A stretch of 64,000 nucleotides of DNA from contig CALRAJ010000001.1 of the NCBI GenBank assembly GCA_943350765.1, positions 191,066 through 255,065 of the forward strand, written 5' to 3'. The DNA is from Candidatus Tayloriibacteriota bacterium. GTDB taxonomy: Bacteria > Patescibacteriota > Minisyncoccia > Phycocordibacterales > PALSA-1337. Position 1 is the stretch's first letter, and each line of letters begins with the position of its first letter. Below the pieces are notes generated by a model. That model made no database searches. It was not told the DNA's origin and saw nothing but the letters and a program-made list of their open reading frames with translations. This document shows, piece by piece, positions 30,410-39,022 of this stretch. The translations under genes and the position numbers were made by a program.

Positions 30410-32347
30410 TTATCTATTTATTTGTCCGTTTTGATTTCCACTTGTATTCCCATCTCGACTTCCCACAATCAAATCATGTCTGTCATACACCTGACGATCT
30501 CTATAGTAGAGAAGGTAGACGACAAGACCAATCAAAATAAGAATGATCAGGATAAAGAATAGAATTAATGGAAAATTACTGATGCCGAAAAAAGATGTAC
30601 CGAGAAGTCCGTCATTATCATTTGTTACAACAGCAGGAGTAATCGGTGTAGCTGGAGGAGGAGTAACCACTGGTCTTACGACTGCAGGAGTAACAGCTCT
30701 TGGTACAGATACAAGTGTTGTATTGACACAAGGAGAAGTTACAGACTGACCATTTGAGGTAACGGTTACGGTTGCATATTTTATACCAGTATCACCATAC
30801 GATTTTGACACAGATACAGATGAACCATAAAGTGATTCTGTACCACTCCATGAGTACGCATAGTTACCAGTACCTCCGGCAACGAGTGTTGACCATGTGA
30901 CTGCTTGACCTAGCACAGCAGTATCACGATTTGCATAACAAGAAGCTCTTAATGAGCCAGAATTGTATGTCGTACCGACATACCCGACAGACACACCATT
31001 TGAACAAGTTCGAACAATTGTCTGATTACCAGAAATTACAGTAAGACTTGCTGACTTACTACCGGGATTAACATATGACCTTGTCATAGTGCTATTTGAA
31101 CCAGAAATACCATCTGTACCTGACCAATAATATTGATAGTTTCCGTTTCCACCATATACATTAGATGACCATGTCATATTTTGACCTACACCCACTGATG
31201 TACTATTTGGACTACATGATACTTGAAGTGGTGTTTCGTTATAGTTATTGTAATTATTATTATAATTATCACCATAGATATTCATACTACAACTTCTTGT
31301 AATAGTCTGACCACCAGAGTAAATACTAACGGTCGCAGTTTTATATCCCGGAGTATAATACACTTTATTCATACTTCGATTTGAACCACTAAATCCATCT
31401 GTACCTGACCAGTAGTAAGTATAAGTACCGTCGCCACCAGTAGCTGATGTATTCCAATACACAATCTGTCCTGTAGAAGCAGAAGATGGACTCACATAAC
31501 ACGAGGCATCGAGATTGCCATAACCACCCTGACCGCCTTGATCGGTGATATTGACAGCACTATTACATGACCGAGTGATAGTCTGACCATCGGAAGATGT
31601 GACGGTTACCGAAGCGGTCTTGGTACCTGTTGTATTATATGCACGAGATATGATATTTGAGCTACCGTATAGATTATCAGTACCTGACCATGAGTATCCG
31701 TATCCACCATTGCCACCAGAAGCAGAAGCATTCCAGTTTACGGTCTCGCCAACAGCCATTGTTGTTGGATTGGTATAACACGAAACATCTAGGTTGCCGT
31801 AGTTACCCTGACCGTTTGTAACAGTTACACGATTTGTACACGAACGGGTTACGGTCTGACCATCAGAAGAGGTGACCACCACTGAGGCAGTTTTAATACC
31901 AGCAACACTATATGCACGAGAAACAGAATTAGAATGACCAGAAAGACCATCAGTACCGCTCCATGTATACACATAGCCACCATTACCACCAGAAACTGAT
32001 GAGTTCCAGTAAACTGTCTGACCGACAATAGCCGAGGTCGGACTCACATAACATGACACCGCCAAAGTAGGTGCAGTATTTGAAACAGCAACATCCTGAC
32101 CTGAATCATCGGTACCACTATCATGGAAAAGATCGGCTGGATCGAGGACATTGTCCACAAAGATGTCGAGTGGGTCTTTACCATCTGTATCATGAAAGAT
32201 ACCTATTGGGTCAAAAAAGTCCTCGAAGGAAAAAGCCATTGCATGCATCGGTGAAGCAGTTAAAATAAGACCGAAAAGCACAAAATAACCTATAAATAGA
32301 GCCTTTTTTACTGATTTGATTTTTTGGAATATTGATATATTTTTCAT
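30410..32347 (-). CDS. Cell-surface protein with six tandem PKD/Ig-like repeats and a C-terminal TM anchor
   Basis: Signal peptide. A repeat of about 75 aa (…SCY.NPT…G..V.W..S.SGGNG.Y.Y.WSGTD.L.GSS...SR.Y…K.ASV.V.S…Q..TRSC) occurs six times. C-terminal TM (LILFFILIILILIGLVVYLLYY) and a basic tail. Confidence 0.55.
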   Translation of the reverse strand: MKNISIFQKIKSVKKALFIGYFVLFGLILTASPMHAMAFSFEDFFDPIGIFHDTDGKDPLDIFVDNVLDPADLFHDSGTDDSGQDVAVSNTAPTLAVSCYVSPTSAIVGQTVYWNSSVSGGNGGYVYTWSGTDGLSGHSNSVSRAYSVAGIKTASVVVTSSDGQTVTRSCTNRVTVTNGQGNYGNLDVSCYTNPTTMAVGETVNWNASASGGNGGYGYSWSGTDNLYGSSNIISRAYNTTGTKTASVTVTSSDGQTITRSCNSAVNITDQGGQGGYGNLDASCYVSPSSASTGQIVYWNTSATGGDGTYTYYWSGTDGFSGSNRSMNKVYYTPGYKTATVSIYSGGQTITRSCSMNIYGDNYNNNYNNYNETPLQVSCSPNSTSVGVGQNMTWSSNVYGGNGNYQYYWSGTDGISGSNSTMTRSYVNPGSKSASLTVISGNQTIVRTCSNGVSVGYVGTTYNSGSLRASCYANRDTAVLGQAVTWSTLVAGGTGNYAYSWSGTESLYGSSVSVSKSYGDTGIKYATVTVTSNGQSVTSPCVNTTLVSVPRAVTPAVVRPVVTPPPATPITPAVVTNDNDGLLGTSFFGISNFPLILFFILIILILIGLVVYLLYYRDRQVYDRHDLIVGSRDGNTSGNQNGQINR

Positions 32348-32713
32348 ACTTCTATAGTATACACCCATTAGTATTTTTTGTCAAGTAGTACACAATAGTC
32401 ACGATAAATACACAAATCTATCATTTTTTGTTAATTTTAATCAATTTCTTATAACAAATCACGCAAAATATGTGTTTTATTTATTTTACTATAAAATACC
32501 AACTAGCTTTAAAATAAACATGAAGCGTAGCTTGACATATACGACTAAATATGCTAGCTTGTATGTAGTCGTTTTTTTACAGCAGACAACGGTAGCGAAG
32601 AGGAAAAGCAAATGCAAAAATACAATGTAGGACAGATCGTCTAGCGTGAGAGAAAATGTCCCCTGCGAATCTTTGAATTCAACGCGGAGACTGGCAAGTA
32701 CCGCCTCAAGCTT

Positions 32714-33007
32714 GTGTTGAGTCGTACTCATACCCATCACCTCCAACGATACTTTCCACTGGAAAATATCGTGGCTGGAGCAATCCTCACCTTTTCCAAA
32801 AGCGGTCGAGTGATTGAGCTCGTCGAAGAAACCTTCGAAGGCTGGTTGAATATGGATCCGACCACCATATTTGAGCTCACTGAGGCAGGGGTCGAGGATA
32901 TGCTCGCAGATGCTCATGCTCGAGACATATACCACGAGGTCGCCACCAAGGTTGAAAGTGGTGGCAATAGCCGGAACATCCGCTACCTTCCGAGGAATAC
33001 GAATTGA
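32714..33007 (+). CDS. Hypothetical small protein in a GC-richer patch (low confidence)
   Basis: 97-aa ORF followed by a clear plus-strand intrinsic terminator. It overlaps a competing minus-strand ORF. Local GC is higher than the surroundings. Confidence 0.25.
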   Translation: MLSRTHTHHLQRYFPLENIVAGAILTFSKSGRVIELVEETFEGWLNMDPTTIFELTEAGVEDMLADAHARDIYHEVATKVESGGNSRNIRYLPRNTN

Positions 33008-33034
33008 GTAAGTGTACGGTAACATCGGCTCCCA

Positions 33035-33082
33035 CACCCACAACACACAGAACCTACTGTTTGTGTTGTGGGTTTTTTATTT
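33035..33082 (+). terminator. Rho-independent terminator
   Basis: CCCACAACACACAG-AACCTA-CTGTTTGTGTTGTGGG followed by TTTTTTATTTT. Confidence 0.6.
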
Positions 33083-33174
33083 TACTTGAATTCTATGATA
33101 TTTATTATGTTCGAAAATAAAAAGCCCGCCTGCAAAAATCGCAGACGGGTAACAAAGTTATGATGACTTACTTA

Positions 33175-33681
33175 TCACTGTGGATCAAACTTACCCCAGC
33201 TATCAACATAGCTCTCGTAGTGGCCGCTGTTTCCTATCCCATTTCCACCAAAACCTTTTGCAGGCGAGGGGGAAAGTGTGACCAATACTTCTTCTGGTGA
33301 CAACTTTTTGCCAGCGCCAGTAAGGTAATCTGTACCCGCTCCGACCATGGCCACAGGTGGCAACCAAATAAACGCCAGATTTTCAGCAATTTTTCCAGAC
33401 ATTGATGACCCTACTCTCCCATGAACGGTCAAATATCCAGGAAAACTAATCTGATATTTATGGTCTTTTTTCCGAGATAGCGGAACCAGCATGGGTGTGA
33501 TGCCCCTTTCAACATCATTTATCACCAGCCGTGCCCCCTGCGGTCGTGAGTCAAACATAACCATTTGCTCACCCACTGGGACGCCCTCATTTCCGCGAAC
33601 CTTCCTGTCCACCGAGGCACAACCTGTGCCAAGAAGGACAAGAACGATACTGACCAGAATCCACTGCACACGTTTTTTCAT
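33175..33681 (-). CDS. Putative lipoprotein with a PEGA domain
   Basis: Signal peptide ending LLGTGC (lipobox-like) and the PEGA-type motif GARLVINDVERGITPMLVPL...YQISFPGY. GC-richer than the flanks. Confidence 0.5.
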   Translation of the reverse strand: MKKRVQWILVSIVLVLLGTGCASVDRKVRGNEGVPVGEQMVMFDSRPQGARLVINDVERGITPMLVPLSRKKDHKYQISFPGYLTVHGRVGSSMSGKIAENLAFIWLPPVAMVGAGTDYLTGAGKKLSPEEVLVTLSPSPAKGFGGNGIGNSGHYESYVDSWGKFDPQ

Positions 33682-33789
33682 AATGACTCGCTTCTGTATT
33701 GCTACTATTTACCAACAAAGCACAGAGAACACTCCTGTACCAACTACATGAAATATTAGCACCATCTATACAAAAAGTCAAATTTACAA

Positions 33790-35850
33790 TTATATATCTA
33801 TCGTCGCCTTTGTAGCATTGGACTGAATAAACGCTTTTCTAGCAGGTACATCAGTTCCCATAAGCATATCAAACACCTTATCTGCCTCAAATGCATCTCC
33901 GATAGAAACTTGTTTTAGTACTCTTTTTTCTGGATCCATTGTGGTCTCCTTTAGCTCCTCGGCATTCATTTCTCCGAGACCCTTGTATCGCTGAATATGA
34001 ATCTTGCTAGCCTTTTTATTTTTAGGATCAAAAAGATCATCCACAGGAGTATCCTCATCCGACTCATCACTTGCCTCAGAAATAGCAATGTCTTTGCCGA
34101 GTGCCTTTGTTTTTTCCTCATCTGAATAAAAATAAAGTATCTCCTTGCCACGCTTGACCTTGTAAAGTGGAGGCTGAGCAATATAAATAAATCCACCTTC
34201 TATCAGAGGCTTGAAATATCTATAGAGTAGGGTCAAAATCAGGGTACGGATATGGGCACCGTCTACATCGGCATCGGTGGCGATAATTATTTTATGATAA
34301 CGAAGCTTGGTAATATCAAAAGTATCTCCGATCGCGGTACCCATCGCTACTACTAGATTTTTGATTTGCTCTGAGCCCAGCATACGGTCGAGTCTAGCTC
34401 TTTCGATATTTAGAATCTTGCCTCGGAGTGGGAGTACCGCCTGAGTACGACGATCACGCCCTGTCTTTGCGGTACCACCTGCGGAGTCTCCCTCTACAAT
34501 AAATATCTCTGACTCGCTAGCGTCCTTGCTCTGGCAGTCTGCTAGCTTACCTGGCAAGGTCATACCTTCGAGAGCACCTTTTCGAAGCACGGAGTCCTTT
34601 GCAGCTTTTGCGGCCTTACGCGCTTTGAGTGCGAGAATAGACTTTTGAATAATTGCTCGAGCGTCATCTGGATTCTCCTCCATAAACATAGCAAAGGCTT
34701 CTCCAAAAACAGTCGCCACGGCTCCCTGTGCCTCTACACTACCGAGCTTTGCTTTGGTCTGACCTTCAAACTGTATCTCGCGAAGCTTTACAGACACTAC
34801 CGCAGTGAGACCCTCAAGCACATCATCTCCGGTAAAGTTGTCCTCGCTATCTTTTACCATCGTATTTTTACGAGCGTAGTTATTTATCGTCCTCGTGAGT
34901 GCAGTCTTGAACCCGGTCATGTGTGTACCACCTTCGCTGTTGTAGATATTGTTTGCAAAAGCGAGCAGTCTAGGTGAGATATCGTCCACATACTGAAGTG
35001 CGACTTCTACGGACTCTACCCCCTCAACCTTCTTTTCAATATAGAAAATATTTTTGTGGATCGGCTTCTGGAATTGATTATTGAACTTTACCAAAGAAAT
35101 AAGTCCTCCCTCAAAATAAAATGTCTGGGATGGGGCGTCGATACCCAAATCACGGAAATAAAAAACATCAGCCATGTCTATTTTATCCGGACATTCTCTT
35201 GCATCTATCACAGATATACGAAGACCTTTGACAAGGTAAGCCTGCTGACGCATGTGGTTTGCAACACGAGCAAAATCAAAAATTACACCTTCTTTAAAAA
35301 TATCTTTGTCTGGCTCAAAACAAACGATAGTACCATGGAGCTTACTCGAATCTATTTTCTTTACCGCAGATTTCTTTTTACCCTGACTATATTCCTGCAT
35401 ATACACACCACCATCTCGGTGGACTGTAACCTGACAGAAGATAGAGAGAGCATTGACCACCGAAGCACCCACACCGTGGAGACCTCCAGAGACTTTGTAT
35501 CCCTCACCTCCAAACTTACCTCCAGCATGAAGCACGGTCATAACAGTCTCGAGTGCCGAAACTTTGGTCTTTGAATGTGTATCGACTGGAATACCTCGGC
35601 CATTGTCTACTACACGAACGCGATTTTCTGGAAGAAGTGTGATTTCTATATCATTACAAAAACCACCCATCGCTTCGTCGCGAGAGTTATCAAATATTTC
35701 GGTGATAAGGTGATGTAGTCCGTCTGGTCCAGTCGTACCGATATACATACCGGGACGCTTTCTTACAGGATCAAGACCTTCAAGCACAGTGATTTCATCA
35801 GCACCATACGAACCCTTTTTTACATCTTTTTCATCGCTATTTTTTGCCAT
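33790..35850 (-). CDS. gyrB: DNA gyrase subunit B (type IIA topoisomerase ATPase subunit)
   Basis: The GHKL ATPase motifs (…ITEIFDNSRDEA…VVDNGRGIP…GLHGVGASVVNALS), the transducer, and TOPRIM (…IVEGDSAGG…) are all present. Confidence 0.8.
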   Translation of the reverse strand: MAKNSDEKDVKKGSYGADEITVLEGLDPVRKRPGMYIGTTGPDGLHHLITEIFDNSRDEAMGGFCNDIEITLLPENRVRVVDNGRGIPVDTHSKTKVSALETVMTVLHAGGKFGGEGYKVSGGLHGVGASVVNALSIFCQVTVHRDGGVYMQEYSQGKKKSAVKKIDSSKLHGTIVCFEPDKDIFKEGVIFDFARVANHMRQQAYLVKGLRISVIDARECPDKIDMADVFYFRDLGIDAPSQTFYFEGGLISLVKFNNQFQKPIHKNIFYIEKKVEGVESVEVALQYVDDISPRLLAFANNIYNSEGGTHMTGFKTALTRTINNYARKNTMVKDSEDNFTGDDVLEGLTAVVSVKLREIQFEGQTKAKLGSVEAQGAVATVFGEAFAMFMEENPDDARAIIQKSILALKARKAAKAAKDSVLRKGALEGMTLPGKLADCQSKDASESEIFIVEGDSAGGTAKTGRDRRTQAVLPLRGKILNIERARLDRMLGSEQIKNLVVAMGTAIGDTFDITKLRYHKIIIATDADVDGAHIRTLILTLLYRYFKPLIEGGFIYIAQPPLYKVKRGKEILYFYSDEEKTKALGKDIAISEASDESDEDTPVDDLFDPKNKKASKIHIQRYKGLGEMNAEELKETTMDPEKRVLKQVSIGDAFEADKVFDMLMGTDVPARKAFIQSNATKATIDI

Positions 35851-35990
35851 AATTTTAACAAAAGAAAAAAGCTCCCTGCTCTTTATACTTTATATTATAG
35901 CAAATTTAATATAAAAGATACAGCCACCCATTATCCCTTGATTTATTACCTAAAAATGTAATACTTTAGCCTGATAAGCTCCTGTCGTGT

Positions 35991-36257
35991 TTGGCAAATA
36001 AAAAACTAAGCTATACGGATTTATTTATGGATCCTAAAAATAAAGTACGGATTGCACGAGTCATGCTCGGGATTATTTTGATTGTCGGGTCAGTACTTTC
36101 CATCACCCAATCTCTGTGGTGGATACCTATATCATGGTTTAGTGCTGGAATAACTGCCTGCCTAATCACTTTTGGCTTCAAGCAGATGATCGCTACATTT
36201 ATTGTTGGTCTTTTTTGTGGTCCGATTACGCTCATAATTATCGCTCGTGATAAATGA
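35991..36257 (+). CDS. Small membrane protein, hypothetical
   Basis: Two predicted TM helices. Start uncertain (MANKK or MDPKNK). Confidence 0.35.
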   Translation: MANKKLSYTDLFMDPKNKVRIARVMLGIILIVGSVLSITQSLWWIPISWFSAGITACLITFGFKQMIATFIVGLFCGPITLIIIARDK

Positions 36258-36353
36258 GTAGAAACCAATCTTATCAGTCGCTCCTTACCCATAAGAGCGA
36301 TTTTTTAATTACTCTACTTTACTTTAGAACAATTTTGACCTACACTAAGGGAC

Positions 36354-37526
36354 ATGAAAACAGAAAAAAAACACGCTGATTCTGGTCTATCTAGGACAAT
36401 ATTTACCGTCCCTATTACTGAACAGGTCAAACTTTTAAAAGCCTTGGATGGACGACAAGATGCCGAGGCTCTCCGCATAAAACGCTATCTAGCTATGGCA
36501 GACCTTTCTCGCACCAAAGGTAACCCACTTTCTGAAATCAGCGAACGAGTAACAAACCTCCCTGTACTCAAAAACTTTGACCACATAGAGATACCTGAGG
36601 TTATTCCTACCAAAATTCTCTTTGACCTCTTCAACTTCGCTCCAGACCACCCTGCTCGAAGCACCTCCGACACCTACTATGTCGATCCAAAAAATGTCCT
36701 CCGTACGCACGACACCGTGATGTGGTATTACTACTTCCAGCTCGAGGAAATAAAAAAGAAAATCGCTGAGGGTAAAGAGCTCGGTGTGATGTGCTACGGT
36801 AAAGTCTACCGCAAAGACGAAATCGACCGACATCACATGAACATCTTTCATCAGATGGGCGGACTGTATCTCGTGCCAGATAGTCAGAAAATGCTTACCA
36901 TCGAAGATTTGAAAACAGTACTCTCAGGCGTAGTGCAAAGTGTGTTCGGCAAAGACATCAAATATCGCTTCAACCCAGACACCTTCCCCTACACCGATCC
37001 ATCTCTCGAGGTAGAGGTAGAGATCAAAGGCGAATGGATTGAGATCCTAGGCGGTGGTATGCCACGAAAGAGTGTGCTCAAGGATTTCGGCGTCGAGGGC
37101 TACAATGGCTGGGCCTTCGGCTTTGGTCTCGAGCGTCTCGCCATCATCAGTATGCAGCTGCCAGACATCCGCCTTCTCTGGTCTGAGGATGAGCGTGTAA
37201 AAAAGCAACTCAAGCTTGGAAATAAATTTGTCGAAATCAGTAAATACCCACCTATCGTCCGCGACATTTCTTTTGTGGTAAAGAATGATTTTATTCCAAA
37301 CGACTATTTTGACACCGTAAGGGAGACCGCTCCGGGACTTGTCGAGGAAGTTGAGCTTTTGGATAAATACGAGAATGCTAAAAAGTTTGGCGAGGGTAAC
37401 CTCAGCTACGCCTTCCGCATCACCTACCGATCACTTGACCGAACTCTCACTTCAGCTGAAATTGATACGATTCATAAAAGTCTTGAGGATGTGACTAAAA
37501 AGGCGTTTAGGGCGGTGGTGAGGTAA
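36354..37526 (+). CDS. pheS: Phenylalanyl-tRNA synthetase alpha-type catalytic subunit fused to a C-terminal FDX-ACB anticodon-binding domain (monomeric, mitochondrial-FARS2-like architecture)
   Basis: Class II PheS core (FNFAPDHPARSTSDTYY..., GWAFGFGLERLAIISMQLPDIRLL). This is followed by SKYPPIVRDISFVV...NDYFDTVRETAPGLVEEVELLDKYENAKKFGEGNLSYAFRITYRSLDRTLTSAEIDTIHKSLED. That tail aligns with the FDX-ACB domain found at the C-terminus of mitochondrial PheRS and PheT. Confidence 0.8.
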   Translation: MKTEKKHADSGLSRTIFTVPITEQVKLLKALDGRQDAEALRIKRYLAMADLSRTKGNPLSEISERVTNLPVLKNFDHIEIPEVIPTKILFDLFNFAPDHPARSTSDTYYVDPKNVLRTHDTVMWYYYFQLEEIKKKIAEGKELGVMCYGKVYRKDEIDRHHMNIFHQMGGLYLVPDSQKMLTIEDLKTVLSGVVQSVFGKDIKYRFNPDTFPYTDPSLEVEVEIKGEWIEILGGGMPRKSVLKDFGVEGYNGWAFGFGLERLAIISMQLPDIRLLWSEDERVKKQLKLGNKFVEISKYPPIVRDISFVVKNDFIPNDYFDTVRETAPGLVEEVELLDKYENAKKFGEGNLSYAFRITYRSLDRTLTSAEIDTIHKSLEDVTKKAFRAVVR

Positions 37527-37547
37527 AGCCTTTTTAATCATGAAAGA

Positions 37548-38345
37548 TTACTTCGCTAAAAAAATCGGGAACTCGAATTTTAAATTGTATCCTTTTTTTG
37601 TTACTCTAGCACTATTTTTACAATCTTTTAGAATCTCTTGTCCTAAGCCAATATCATCACCTGTTAAACCATAGCGCTTGATGTGGTCTTGCTCAGTTAA
37701 ATTAAGAATCTTTCCTCCTCCAATCTTCTCAAAAAAATTAAAACCTGCGTTTAAATAAATACTCTCTAAATCAGATGATTGAAAAAGTCTTTTGCCGATT
37801 TTATTAACAGTATTGTACATCAAACTCACTAAATTTCTCTCGACAACATCAGAAATATACGCAGGCTGATTTATAAATAATCCCTCAGACTTTAGATGCC
37901 TTTTAATTATCTTTAGCACGGTAATTTGTAATTCTTCTGAAGGGAAATAATCCAGTGCACTTCGCATAATAATGAGGTCAAATTTTTTACCCAAGTCCAT
38001 GTCAAGTAAATCGAGGCAAAATCTTTTGGTTTTTGGATTTTTATTTTCATCAAGATGTTTTTGAGAAATATCGACAATAGTAAGATTAGCTTTCCCAAGG
38101 TTAGCGAGCAATCTCTCGCCGAGAAGTCCAGAAGCCGATGCAACATATAAAATATCGAGCTCTTTATTTGGTAAGAAAGGCTTAACTGCACTTATAAACA
38201 ATTGGATATTATCTTCATCTGAAAAATAATTCCCATACGTTAAAAGCCATTCCTTGCCGAGAACCTTTTTATCTCTGTCCAAATTATATTTTGCTAATCT
38301 CGATGTCATACTTTTTAGAAAAAATCTATTCTTTGATAGATACAA
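37548..38345 (-). CDS. Class I SAM-dependent methyltransferase-like protein
   Basis: Motif I-like ILYVASASGLLGERL and an acidic motif II (TIVDIS). The fold assignment is tentative. Confidence 0.45.
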   Translation of the reverse strand: MYLSKNRFFLKSMTSRLAKYNLDRDKKVLGKEWLLTYGNYFSDEDNIQLFISAVKPFLPNKELDILYVASASGLLGERLLANLGKANLTIVDISQKHLDENKNPKTKRFCLDLLDMDLGKKFDLIIMRSALDYFPSEELQITVLKIIKRHLKSEGLFINQPAYISDVVERNLVSLMYNTVNKIGKRLFQSSDLESIYLNAGFNFFEKIGGGKILNLTEQDHIKRYGLTGDDIGLGQEILKDCKNSARVTKKGYNLKFEFPIFLAK

Positions 38346-38448
38346 ATATACTGAAAGTTCTAATGATTAGCAAGGATGGTCCTTGATAACAATAAAGGGG
38401 TCAGGTACCTTTGAATAGACAAGTAGGGCGGTCAAGTATTTTTATACA

Positions 38449-38736
38449 CTAATTCCCCATTCGTTTTAACTTTCTATAGACATCATCGTCATTTCTTTTT
38501 CCTATCAAAGTCATATACAAAAACTCTTTAGACCAGCGGTAAACGATTCGGTACTCACCGATATCAGCGCGGTAATATTCTTTGTATCCGCGCAAAATAC
38601 TTGCATCCGATGCTTTCGGATTTTCAGCGAGTTTAAAAATCTTTTCGGCTATTTGCCGACACTGCTTCGGTGGCAATTTTTTAAGAAACTTCTCAGAGAC
38701 TCTTGAGAGATTAATCTCGAGCATGGAGAGCTTCAT
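38449..38736 (-). CDS. RelE/ParE-family type II toxin
   Basis: 95 aa. ...YRADIGEYRIVYRWSKEFLYMTLIGKRNDDDVY is a RelE/ParE-like C-terminal pattern. It overlaps the upstream antitoxin gene by 26 nt. Confidence 0.65.
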   Translation of the reverse strand: MKLSMLEINLSRVSEKFLKKLPPKQCRQIAEKIFKLAENPKASDASILRGYKEYYRADIGEYRIVYRWSKEFLYMTLIGKRNDDDVYRKLKRMGN

Positions 38737-38989
38737 TTAAAAGCTTGCGACTTTTAGCCACTCCAATATAGCCCTTTTTATGTGCGCGAGTAGAGAGCTC
38801 GCCCCAATACGCGTCTCGACGAGCCTCAAATTCATTGTACTCATCCATAGACATAACTACCGCCACCTGTCGGCCATTTTTCAGGACGGCCACAGGAGAT
38901 AGTCGTGCCTCTTCTAAAAGCCGTCCGAAATTATTCTTCGCTTCTTTTGCAGTAAAGATTGATGTGATCATGGTAGCTATTATAGCCAA
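38711..38989 (-). CDS. Phd/YefM-family antitoxin
   Basis: 92 aa. TAKEAKNNFGRLLEEARLSPVAVLKNGRQVAVVMSMDEYNEF is the classic Phd/YefM N-terminus. Confidence 0.7.
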   Translation of the reverse strand: MAIIATMITSIFTAKEAKNNFGRLLEEARLSPVAVLKNGRQVAVVMSMDEYNEFEARRDAYWGELSTRAHKKGYIGVAKSRKLLNEALHARD

Positions 38990-39022
38990 AGTAGCTCTTT
39001 TGTCAATATTATGTATCCGCCA

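Noticed and set aside
32489-33046. 185-aa minus-strand ORF overlapping the 97-aa plus-strand ORF
   Set aside because: The C-terminal half is hydrophobic low-complexity read through an AT-rich spacer. The plus-strand terminator at 33035-33082 argues that transcription here is plus-strand. Kept only as an ambiguity note.
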